DNA of 64,000 bases from Alphaproteobacteria bacterium (GTDB lineage Bacteria; Pseudomonadota; Alphaproteobacteria; Rs-D84). Positions within the stretch are counted from its first letter, which is position 1; every line of letters starts with the position of its first letter. Below, piece by piece: positions 53,992 to 63,200 of this stretch. The notes under the pieces are model-generated. The model was not told the DNA's origin and ran no database searches. It saw only the letters and a list, made by a program, of their open reading frames with translations. The position numbers and the translations under genes were made by a program. The stretch spans positions 10,677 through 74,676 of the forward strand of contig JAGCVZ010000008.1 in assembly GCA_017962125.1 (NCBI GenBank), written 5' to 3'.

Positions 53992-55043
53992 AATCCAAAT
54001 ACCCGCGCTATATCGTTCCACATGGTCAGCAAAAATACAAACCCAAGAAAAATCCAACCACACACAATTACAATTTCCATGCCTTTGCCACCAAGTTTTT
54101 TCCTTGTTACACCTTCAATTAATAAAATCAAAAGGTAACCGCCATCCAAAACCGGTAACGGCAACAGGTTTATCACACCCAAATTCACAGACAGCAGTGC
54201 AATAATGGATAAAAGTGCAAAGAAACCTGCCGCTAATGCCTGACCGGAAACCTGGGCAATAGTAATGAATGAACCAAGTTGTTTAGAAGATCTATCGCCA
54301 GTAATAATCTGTTTAAGTACAACAACCAGTGTTCGTGACTGATAATATGTTTCACGTGCCCCAGAATATATTGCGCCAAAGAACCCTTTCTTGCGAAATT
54401 CAGTTTTGTTCCCGTCTGCAACCAACCCCCATCGTGCCGCAGGAGCAATTTTTACATTTACAATTTCATCGCCACGCGAAATAACAACATCTGCATCATG
54501 GGTGCCGGCAAGTTCTTTGGCAATCACCAATTCACCCCAGTTTGTTATTTCTGAATTATCAATTTTAACGATAATGTCACCCGGTTTAATTCCGGCATGA
54601 AAAGCGACACTTTCTTGAATAACTTGACCAATTACTGGTAATTGAACGTTGCGGGGTTTAAACATAAATATGGCAGAATAAATTGCCCATGCCAAAATAA
54701 AATTCATAAACACGCCCGCCGCAATTATAATAAACTGTTTCCATGCCGGTACAGATAAATAATGCCCAACTTTCTTTTCTTTTGGCAATTCATTGTATTT
54801 TTTTCGATTAAACATGTCTTCTTGGCCATAAATAGAAACATATCCGCCAAGTGGTAAACATGCGATTTTCCAAATAGTTCCACGTTTGTCATGCCATTTT
54901 ACAATCGCCGGTCCAAAGCCAATGGAAAATGCATCAACTCGGACCCCCGCCCATCGCGCCGCCAAAAAATGTCCAAGTTCATGTATAAAAACCACGACCC
55001 CAAGGACAATCAATAATGCAATAATGGTTGTTATAGTATGCAT
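53988..55043 (-). CDS. rseP: RIP zinc metalloprotease RseP (M50)
   Basis: 'FIHELGHFLAAR' HExxH in TM1, a PDZ-like middle region ('GIKPGDIIVKIDN'), and 'NLLPLPVLDGG'. Confidence 0.9.
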   Translation of the reverse strand: MHTITTIIALLIVLGVVVFIHELGHFLAARWAGVRVDAFSIGFGPAIVKWHDKRGTIWKIACLPLGGYVSIYGQEDMFNRKKYNELPKEKKVGHYLSVPAWKQFIIIAAGVFMNFILAWAIYSAIFMFKPRNVQLPVIGQVIQESVAFHAGIKPGDIIVKIDNSEITNWGELVIAKELAGTHDADVVISRGDEIVNVKIAPAARWGLVADGNKTEFRKKGFFGAIYSGARETYYQSRTLVVVLKQIITGDRSSKQLGSFITIAQVSGQALAAGFFALLSIIALLSVNLGVINLLPLPVLDGGYLLILLIEGVTRKKLGGKGMEIVIVCGWIFLGFVFLLTMWNDIARVFGL

Positions 55044-55062
55044 TCCTTTCCCCCCACGGTTG

Positions 55063-55713
55063 TTATGCGAGTATCATCCAAATAACAGGTAACACATAAA
55101 TCCAGCCGTCGAAACGGTCGATAACTCCGCCATGTGCTCCCAATAAATTACTAAAATCTTTAATCTTTAATTTGCGTTTTACAAAGCTCGCAGTCAAATC
55201 ACCATACTGTGATAGCAATGAGACACTGATACCAATCCACAATAACTGTGGCGCAAATACACCCATAGTTAAATATCCATATAATACCGCAACGGCTGTT
55301 CCACCGATAACTCCAAAAATCTGTCCGGCCCACGTTTTGTGTTCAGAAATATGTTCCCACATCTTGTCTCCGCCAATCATGCGACCAAAAAGCCATGCAC
55401 AAATGTCGGCGGCACATATTACACAAAGCACAAACAACAATAGCATCGGTCGACCACCTAATACCAAAAGTGATACAAAATCAAACCCCAACAATGTCAA
55501 AAAAAGACCGAATAAGACAAGATTTTTTACATTAAACATAATCGCGCGTGGTGCAAGCCAAAGGCGATAAGCAAATTCACCAATCATAGCCAGTCCAACA
55601 ATAACGCAAAGCCAATAAACAGCATGAATTCCAAAAAATTCCAACAGCGCGACAAGCCCGAAAACAAAAGCTAAACCGGTCGCAATCAAAACCCTATTCA
55701 TCGTCTCAGACAT
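55063..55713 (-). CDS. cdsA: Phosphatidate cytidylyltransferase
   Basis: Polytopic 216-aa protein with the CdsA signature 'SFVKRKLKIKDFSNLLGAHGGVIDRFDG'. Confidence 0.9.
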   Translation of the reverse strand: MSETMNRVLIATGLAFVFGLVALLEFFGIHAVYWLCVIVGLAMIGEFAYRLWLAPRAIMFNVKNLVLFGLFLTLLGFDFVSLLVLGGRPMLLLFVLCVICAADICAWLFGRMIGGDKMWEHISEHKTWAGQIFGVIGGTAVAVLYGYLTMGVFAPQLLWIGISVSLLSQYGDLTASFVKRKLKIKDFSNLLGAHGGVIDRFDGWIYVLPVIWMILA

Positions 55714-55715
55714 TT

Positions 55716-56477
55716 TTACCCCATTTTCTTTCCAGAATAATTTGCTTTTTTCCCGCCACCGAATCGCCGATTACGTTTAGCATATTCGTCCAATACAAAT
55801 TGCCATAATTTTTCAGATTTTACCAAATCCGGCCAATGTTCCGGCAAGAATAGCAATTCGGCATATGCCAATTTCCAAAGCAAGAAATTCGAAATCCTAA
55901 ATTCATTGCTTGTTCTGACCATTAAATCAATAGGTAACAAATCCCCTGTATCAAGAAAAGTTTCAAACGTTTCGCGGGTGACTTTTTCCCCCGCGGCAAT
56001 CGCAGCATTTACAGCGTTCACAATTTCATCTTGGCCACCATAGTTTAACGCAAAGACAACGGTGCCCCCGGTGTTTTCTGCGGACTTTTCTTCCAAGTCA
56101 TCGCAAAGTTGCGCCAACTTTTCTGGTAACTTTTCGCGCGTACCAATCACCCGATAGCGTAAATTTTTTTCAATTGCATGCTTTAAATTTTTCTTTAATT
56201 CAGAATAAAATAAATCCATAAGAAAATTGACTTCTTCTTCGGATCGATTCCAATTTTCTGTTGAAAATATAAAGAATGTTACCGTCGTTACACCACGCGC
56301 GATAAACCAATCAACCAAGTTTTCAAAATTTGCAATCCCCGCACGATGTCCCATAAGCGGTGGCAAACCACGCGCTTCGGCCCAGCGACGATTACCGTCA
56401 CAAATAAATGCAACATGTTTTGGAACCTTTACTGGTTGCGCGACAGTGTCTTTCTTCTTTTTTAGTATTTTAAACAT
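55716..56477 (-). CDS. uppS: Undecaprenyl-diphosphate synthase
   Basis: 'HVAFICDGNRRWA', 'FSTENWNR' and 'RTSNEFRISNFLLWKLAYAEL'. Confidence 0.95.
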   Translation of the reverse strand: MFKILKKKKDTVAQPVKVPKHVAFICDGNRRWAEARGLPPLMGHRAGIANFENLVDWFIARGVTTVTFFIFSTENWNRSEEEVNFLMDLFYSELKKNLKHAIEKNLRYRVIGTREKLPEKLAQLCDDLEEKSAENTGGTVVFALNYGGQDEIVNAVNAAIAAGEKVTRETFETFLDTGDLLPIDLMVRTSNEFRISNFLLWKLAYAELLFLPEHWPDLVKSEKLWQFVLDEYAKRNRRFGGGKKANYSGKKMG

Positions 56478-56497
56478 TTTTTTCGCTTTTATTTTTA

Positions 56498-57058
56498 TTA
56501 CACCGACATAATATCTGTTTCTTTTTGCTTTGCTATAGCATCAACTTCGGTACCACGTGCATCGAAAACCTTTTGCAAATCAGATTCATATTTGCGCTGA
56601 TCATCTTCGGAAATTTCTTTGTCGGTAACGGCGCGTTTAATTTTGCCCATGGCATCTTGGCGAATGTTACGCATAGAAATTTTTGCTTCTTCCGCGTATT
56701 TACCAGCAACTTTGGTCAGTTCACGACGACGCTCTTTGGTAAGTGGTGGCATGTTCAGACGAATAACACCGCCCGCACTCATCGGGTTCAGCCCCAATCC
56801 AGAATCACGAATCGCCTTTTCAACAGGTCCAACATTCGCAATATCCCAAACGGTGACGGAAAGTGTTTGATTATCCGGCGTTGATACGGTTGCCAACTGA
56901 TTCAGTGGCATATCGGATCCATACGTCTGCACCCGCACGCCATCAAGTAAATGTACCGATGCACGCCCTGTGCGCAAACCCGCATATCCATCGCGCAAAA
57001 CATCCAATGTTTGCGCAGTTTTTTGTTCAACTTCTGATTTCAAAGATTGATAGTCCAT
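56498..57058 (-). CDS. frr: Ribosome recycling factor
   Basis: 186 aa from the ATG at 57058, behind AGGAGA. 'LRTGRASVHLLDGVRV', 'NPMSAGGVIRLNMPPLTKERR' and 'RNIRQDA'. Confidence 0.95.
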   Translation of the reverse strand: MDYQSLKSEVEQKTAQTLDVLRDGYAGLRTGRASVHLLDGVRVQTYGSDMPLNQLATVSTPDNQTLSVTVWDIANVGPVEKAIRDSGLGLNPMSAGGVIRLNMPPLTKERRRELTKVAGKYAEEAKISMRNIRQDAMGKIKRAVTDKEISEDDQRKYESDLQKVFDARGTEVDAIAKQKETDIMSV

Positions 57059-57143
57059 ATGTAAATCTCCTTGCTTGTCGGACACAGGTTAGCAAATCCA
57101 TTTGACATTTGGCAAGAAGAAATATAGAATGGTTGTCCGATAT

Positions 57144-57219
57144 GGGGTTGTAGCTCAGTTGGTAGAGCACTTGCATGGCATGCAAGGGGTCGTCGGTTCG
57201 AGTCCGATCAGCTCCACCA
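57144..57219 (+). tRNA. tRNA-Ala (GGC)
   Basis: Hand-folded. Acceptor stem GGGGTTG/CAGCTCC with the G3:U70 pair. Anticodon stem CTTGC/GCAAG with loop ATGGCAT. T-loop TTCGAGT. A73 and encoded CCA. Confidence 0.9.
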
Positions 57220-57366
57220 TCCGTCTTCGCTTCGCTCCGTCGCGATTGGCACAATCGGGCGGGGCGATGTGATTTTAATCACGCGAAGCGGATGTCGCGA
57301 CGGAGCACACGAAGTGTGCGCAGACGGACAAAGTCGCGAAGTAGCGTAAGCGCAGACGGACGGACA
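57220..57366. repeat. GC-rich palindromic repeat element abutting tRNA-Ala
   Basis: 'tccgtcttcgcttcgctccgtcgcgattgg' (about 90% identical to 13338-13368). Its inverted copy 'tcgcgacggagc'. Two copies of 'gcgcagacgga'. Recurring 'cgcgaag' words. GC content is far above the surrounding intergenic DNA. Confidence 0.6.
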
Positions 57367-57371
57367 ATAAA

Positions 57372-57611
57372 ATGTATTATGTGTATATTTTACAGAGTAT
57401 AGATTCGCCAGATAAGTTTTATATCGGATATACCGAAGATTTGAAACGTCGTATGAAACAACATAATTATGAACATTTTGGACATACAGAAAAATATCGT
57501 CCGTGGCGACTGAAAGATTATTTTGCGATAGATAATGAACAAAAGGCAAAAGATTTTGAAAAATATTTAAAATCTCAATGCGGACGCAAATTTTCTAAAA
57601 ACCATTTTTAA
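57372..57611 (+). CDS. GIY-YIG nuclease-domain protein (stand-alone)
   Basis: 79 aa. 'YYVYILQS.....FYIGYTEDLKRRMKQHN' is the GIY-(x10)-YIG motif plus the conserved Arg/helix. Confidence 0.8.
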   Translation: MYYVYILQSIDSPDKFYIGYTEDLKRRMKQHNYEHFGHTEKYRPWRLKDYFAIDNEQKAKDFEKYLKSQCGRKFSKNHF

Positions 57612-57682
57612 CTACAGACACGCAATCTGGCACTGTTCTTGATATAAAAAACAATCCTATGCAACATGCGTGGGCAGATTGA

Positions 57683-58561
57683 CTACCTATCCCGATAATC
57701 TTTTATAAATTGTGGTTCTTGTGTTTTTATAGTGCTTGCGTTTTGAACAGTCTCTATTCCCCGCAGAAAGTTTGTACTATCCGCTGCTATTTCGTTTCGT
57801 TGATATGCTTCAATTATTGAAGGAGAGAGTACACGGCGGTCTATCGTTGTTAATTTGGGCAATCGAACATCTTGTATCTCACATTTACTTGTAAAACTGT
57901 CAATAATCTCCGTTACATTGGGTAAATCTAAAATTGTTAATTTTGTAACAACATGAAAAGAATCATATATATCCTGCAATTTAGGGGCAAACACTCTAGA
58001 TAATTTTTGATTTTGTCTACAACACATACACAAAGAACCCTCAAGCTTAGGCAAATCAAGCGTTTCTAATTCTTCATTATATTCAAGGAAATACGATCCA
58101 GCTTTTTCCAAATTCGGTACATTGAGTTTTTTTAAATTTTTAGCCCCCCTTAAAAAACCCTTACCAACAAATTTCAAAGACGGGGCATCAAATTCTTGTG
58201 ATTCCTTTGATATATCACACCAGTCGCCAACACGTATCAACTTCGGCGCAGAAACCATTTGTAACCCGCCTAAATACACTTCGTCACCAATACTTTCAAC
58301 ATTCGGCAACTCAAGAAATCTAATATCTTTAACAACATCAAATGGTAACCAATCATGATGAAGTTCCTTTGCACCCAGTAGGTACATTTCAGTAATCGCA
58401 TTGCCATCAAAATATATCACAGGTATATTATTCACGTATAGAATAAAAGCCTCGCCACTTGGTTGAAGTAGCATGCTCTTTAGACCAGATTTTGGCATTA
58501 TCAACTTCATAATTTTCCCTGCTGTTTCTTCATTTTTGAAATAATCTTCCAATTTTGCCAT
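57683..58561 (-). CDS. Leucine-rich-repeat protein (BspA-type LRR)
   Basis: 292 aa with ~22-24-aa repeats: 'LELPNVESIGDEVY', 'VSAPKLIRVGDWC', 'FDAPSLKFVGKGFL', 'LNVPNLEKAGSYFL', 'LDLPKLEGSLCMCC', 'VFAPKLQDIYDSF', 'LDLPNVTEIIDSF', 'VRLPKLTTIDRRV'. Confidence 0.65.
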   Translation of the reverse strand: MAKLEDYFKNEETAGKIMKLIMPKSGLKSMLLQPSGEAFILYVNNIPVIYFDGNAITEMYLLGAKELHHDWLPFDVVKDIRFLELPNVESIGDEVYLGGLQMVSAPKLIRVGDWCDISKESQEFDAPSLKFVGKGFLRGAKNLKKLNVPNLEKAGSYFLEYNEELETLDLPKLEGSLCMCCRQNQKLSRVFAPKLQDIYDSFHVVTKLTILDLPNVTEIIDSFTSKCEIQDVRLPKLTTIDRRVLSPSIIEAYQRNEIAADSTNFLRGIETVQNASTIKTQEPQFIKDYRDR

Positions 58562-58723
58562 CGGTAATCCTTTTATTTATCACGTTGGTATTATATCAGA
58601 AAAATATGGTGTTATCAAACAAAAATAGGGCATCAATCGAAATAAAACACCAGCGAAGGCGGACAAAAATTCCAGATAATTTTTTAATTTGCAATCAGCG
58701 CTTTTTCATTCTACAATTTCCGC

Positions 58724-59281
58724 ATGCTCTACATTATGCGACATGGCGAAACAGATTGGAACCTTGAAAATAAAATTCAAGGTCAGGTTGATGTTCCATT
58801 GAATGATACCGGTCGGATTCAAGTGGTCACCGCGGCGCAAAAGATTGCGCAACTTCGGATACATCGTATTGTTTCTTCTGATTTATTGCGTGCGGCGGAA
58901 ACCGCAAAAATTCTTGAATGGCCACTATGGCTAACTGTTGAATATGATGCGCGTTTGCGCGAATGGGATTTTGGGGACTTGAATACAGCAAAGCTAACCA
59001 GCGTTGCGACATTTGCATCGGTGTTGACTGAATATCAGAAATATAATGCGGAATCAATTGATAGTGTATTTACTCGGGTGGCGACATTTTTCGATAAATT
59101 TGATATGAACCAAAACACTTTGATTGTATCGCATGGCGGACTAATGCGCGTAATGATGTATTATTTGGAAACAGGCGGAAAAAACAATATCGATGATTTT
59201 ATAAAGTTTGGTTTTTCCACACATATCGGCAATGCACAAGTTTTTGCATTTAAAAACAAAAAATTTGAACTTGTTCGGTAA
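58724..59281 (+). CDS. Histidine phosphatase (phosphoglycerate-mutase-like) family protein
   Basis: 'LYIMRHGETDWN' RHG catalytic motif, '...SSDLLRAAETA' and 'VSHGG'. Confidence 0.8.
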   Translation: MLYIMRHGETDWNLENKIQGQVDVPLNDTGRIQVVTAAQKIAQLRIHRIVSSDLLRAAETAKILEWPLWLTVEYDARLREWDFGDLNTAKLTSVATFASVLTEYQKYNAESIDSVFTRVATFFDKFDMNQNTLIVSHGGLMRVMMYYLETGGKNNIDDFIKFGFSTHIGNAQVFAFKNKKFELVR

Positions 59282-60205
59282 CTACACCACCAACCACGCC
59301 ACATAGCCAGCATACGTAATCAGAAATAAAATTCCACCCATGCGCGACAACCTTGATCGGCGCGCTACAAAAATCATTAGCATGATAATCGCCAATAACG
59401 CCACCAGCCCGTCTATCACAAATGCATGTTCAAAGGGCAGGGGGCTTATCGCCGCTGTTGTGCCAAGAACAAACAAAATATTGAAAATGTTCGACCCAAC
59501 GATATTTCCAACCGCCATATCGTATTCGCGCTTTAATGCGGCCGCCACACAGACGACGAGTTCCGGTAAACTGGTCCCGATGGCCACCAGTGTCAGCCCA
59601 ATTACACGGTCTGAAACGCCAAACCGTGTTGCAATATCTGTGGCAGAATCAACGGTCAGATTGCTTCCGATAACCAGTGCGGCAATACCGGCGACAATCA
59701 TAACAATCGTTTCAACCATCGGGATTTTTTTGTAATCTTCGGTTGGTTCGTTTGATTTTTTCGCAATAACGATGGTGTAAATTATAAACCCGACAAACAG
59801 TGTCAAAAACGCCATCGCGGTTATGCGCGAAATTTCCCCAAACCAAAATCCAACCAAGCACAGTAACAAAGTTATCGCGCCCACAAACGGCAATTCATAG
59901 AACTTTGTGTTTTTTCGAATTGGCAGTGCAGCAATAACGGCGGTAAGACCCAAGATAAGAAAAATGTTGGTTATATTGCTGCCGATTATATTTCCTATGG
60001 ACACACCTTCCGACCCGGCGATTGCAGCGGTGATACTAATTGCAGCCTCTGGCGCACTGGTACCGATGGCAACAAGTGTCGTACCAATTACGATTGGTGG
60101 GATATTAAAACGTCGTGCAATGCTAACAGCGCCGTCAACAAAAGTGTCTGCGCCACGTACCAACAGTACAAAACCGATGACTAATAATAAAAAGGATATC
60201 AACAT
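59282..60205 (-). CDS. CaCA-family Ca2+/Na+ antiporter (YrbG-like)
   Basis: 307-aa polytopic protein with two alpha-repeats: 'GTSAPEAAISI...GNIIGSNITNIFLILG' and 'GTSLPELVVCV...GNIVGSNIFNILFVLG'. Confidence 0.85.
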   Translation of the reverse strand: MLISFLLLVIGFVLLVRGADTFVDGAVSIARRFNIPPIVIGTTLVAIGTSAPEAAISITAAIAGSEGVSIGNIIGSNITNIFLILGLTAVIAALPIRKNTKFYELPFVGAITLLLCLVGFWFGEISRITAMAFLTLFVGFIIYTIVIAKKSNEPTEDYKKIPMVETIVMIVAGIAALVIGSNLTVDSATDIATRFGVSDRVIGLTLVAIGTSLPELVVCVAAALKREYDMAVGNIVGSNIFNILFVLGTTAAISPLPFEHAFVIDGLVALLAIIMLMIFVARRSRLSRMGGILFLITYAGYVAWLVV

Positions 60206-60290
60206 GTAGAGTATCTTATCATAAAAAGACTTTGTTTATAACAATTTTTATGATAAAATAAAAAACAGAAAAAAAAAGGGGGAAGTTGTT

Positions 60291-63200
60291 ATGCCAACAG
60301 TTACGGTTGATAACGCAAAAAATATGGATGTCCAAGAAAAAAAATCAGACCAAGATGTGGTTCGTTTGGCAAAGCGGATTGCTATCGCGTATGGTAGTGA
60401 CAAGGTTAGATTACTTGCTTCGCGTGATGTGCGACGGGCGGTGCTTTTGCATGATATTGACGCGATAAATAGGATTATTACCAAGGTTCCACAAATGTCG
60501 CCGGAACTGCGTTTGAATTTTTGTGATGCGTTTGTTGGTGAAGATATGATGGGGTTGGATCTTGCTACACCGGCAATCTTGGGTGATGCGTATCGCGCAA
60601 TTTCCAAACGGGTGCGTAGCGGTGATAAAGGACAACAAGAACGTCTTGATAAACTTGCGGCGCATATTGATGATTTGTCTACGGATTTTGCAAATTCTGG
60701 CGGTATGGTGGTCAGCCAAAGAGAGTGGCCTCTGGTTGATGTGACGAACATTGCCGACGTTTACGAAGGTTTTGGAAGTATGCTTGATGCGCGTAAAACC
60801 GAAATTGATGCGGCATCAAACCCTGATAAAATCAAAGAAATCGATAACAACTTAGAACAGATAAAAGTAGTTGTTTCAGATTACGATGAATCTTGGGGGC
60901 TTATGAAAGCGCGGAACGAAGATGCGCCAAAGTTGGCGGATCGCTGGGAAGATTTGTATGGTGTGTTAAACCGGGCAAAAATTTTCGAAGAAACCAAGGA
61001 AAAATTGGCGTTGCAGAAATTCTTGGATAGCAAAAAACAGGTTATTCCGCAATTTGTATCTGGCAAACAAGGCGATAAAAAGAAATATGAAACTTATGAA
61101 CGTGGTTTTGATATTGCCAGGGGTGGGCGTTTAGATTCTATTGTTGAAATAGCGCGCCATAATATTGCAAAAAGACATGTTGCAGATTTTAATTTCAAGA
61201 TTGACGAGGCGGCACTTGAATCAGAATTAAATGAAGAAATTTTGAATGTATTGTTTGAAATTAGTACTATGGACAAAATTGTTCAAAAAGGTACAGAAGA
61301 TACAGACAAGTTTGCTGATGAAAAGTATCGCGAGGAATTTGTTAACAGCCTTACAGAAACGACTGGCGAGATTTCAGATACAGGTTATAACGCCGCGATA
61401 GAAGCGCAAACTAATGCAACGGTCGGGTGGGGTGCGCGCCTCAAGGGCAAAATAGGCAAATCTAAAAAACTTGATAATCTTTGGAAAAAAGTCAATCAGC
61501 CACTTGAACGCATAGATGATATGGCGGATGTGCGCATGTCACGTGGTGCGGTCGCGCGGCGTAAGAAACGGCGTGATTTTTGTTGGGGTATTTTACAAGG
61601 CTTTGATACTTCTTCGATTGTTAGTGCGTTTATTACAATTGTTGCGACTGCGGCTGCGGCGAAGTACGGTGTGTCACTTGCAGTGTCACTTGCAATTCTC
61701 GGGGGCATATCGACACTTACGTTGATTGCAATTCAATTTGCACAATGGGTAAAGGCACAGAAAAAAGCTGGGCGGCCGGTTAGTTGGGAAGAATTCAAGA
61801 AAAACAAACAATTGGTGCGGTCTTTTGGCACAAGTGGTCTTGCGATGGTTGCAATGGGATTTGCGGCTGGTGGTTTGGCCGGTATCGCAATGGGTGCCGG
61901 GCTTGGCGCTTTGGCACTTGGCGCATATAACAACGGAAAAACTGTTTACCATGCAGCCAGGGATGCTAAAATGTCCAAAATTCAAGCGATTGCATGGGCG
62001 ATTGCAAAGGCTGGATCTATTGTTTTGGGTGGTTTCACCGGTCGGTATGTGGCGCAGGGGTTGACCAGTATGTATAACAGGGTAAACCCAGACAATACTT
62101 GGTTTCAAAACAAAGAAATGATTGATGGTGAACCTAAAAAGATTTCTGACGAAGTTACACACGAAGAAACCACTACACATTATACAGATGAGATGTTACA
62201 AAGTGCAGAAAGTGCTGTGAAAGATTGGTATGCCAAGGATTTCCCAAACAATCCGGAAAAATTACAGCAAGATATTGATATCATAAATCAATACAATGCG
62301 GAACATCACACAAATATTGACCCATATCGCGCATTGCGCATGATCAAGATGGCGCAACCAGAACGTTTTTCGTTCACTGATTTGTGGGCCGACCGGTATC
62401 ATTATACACCCGAACAAATAAATTCTGTGGCGCATGCGCTTGATACAGGGGTGGCCAACCCGGATGCGATGAGCATATTAAACCAAATGGATATCCATAA
62501 TGTTGGTGTCAAAGGGCAGATTGGACCAGTCGAAAGTCATATTGAAAATCAACTTTATTCGAATCCTGGGGAATTGCCGACCCAAACAACCAAGACAGTG
62601 GTCGATAAACCGGCGGTTTGGGAATCAACCAAGATTCCAAGATATGACTCGGTCAAGGGTGATGGCATCGGAACGGTCGGAAATTATGAACAAGATGAAT
62701 ATAAATCAACAGGAATAAGCCGTAATTTAGATTCTTTTCTTGCACGCGTTCGTCAAAACCGTCGGAACAAAGTACCAGATAGTATTTCACCTGTTGTTCC
62801 AAAAGAAGAACCACAAGATGAAATTTTACCTGTTATTTCACCTGTTGTTCCAAAAGAAGAACCACAAGATGAAATTTTACCTGTTATTCCACCTGTTGTT
62901 CCAAAAGAAGAACCACAAGATGAAATTTCGCCTATTGTCCCAGAAAAAGAATCACAAGATGAAATTCCACCTGTTGCCCCAGAAGAAGAACAGGAAAATG
63001 CTGAAAAATCTTTGTTTACACCAGTCATAGAAGAAAAAGTCCAACCAACCACGGAACAAATTCTTTCGGAACTGCAAGATGAAGATTTACCAATACTTGA
63101 ACCGCTTTCGAAAGATGAGCAAAAATTATCTGATAAACCAAAGTTTGAATTGCCTAAACTTTCGCTGGATCGTGTGTTCCCGAAACCTTTATTCCCAGAT

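Noticed and set aside
55043-57085. Absence of dxr from the frr-uppS-cdsA-rseP-bamA block as evidence for loss of the MEP pathway
   Set aside because: Gene order varies between lineages and dxr could be elsewhere. This cannot be judged from one window.
57175-57549. ORFs 57175-57402 (+) and 57208-57549 (-) spanning the tRNA-Ala 3' end and the GC-rich repeat
   Set aside because: - They overlap a tRNA and a palindromic repeat.
- Their Arg/Ser-rich composition is what GC-rich palindromes produce.
- The GIY-YIG ORF that begins at 57372 accounts for the coding signal.
59340-60209. + strand ORFs 59340-59735 and 59907-60209
   Set aside because: They are antisense shadows of the CaCA antiporter gene, whose two alpha-repeat motifs are clear on the minus strand.
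62784-62990. Possible CRISPR array, because of the exact direct repeats
   Set aside because: - The repeats are contiguous with no spacers.
- They are 51 bp long and in frame within a coding sequence.
- No cas genes are present in the window.
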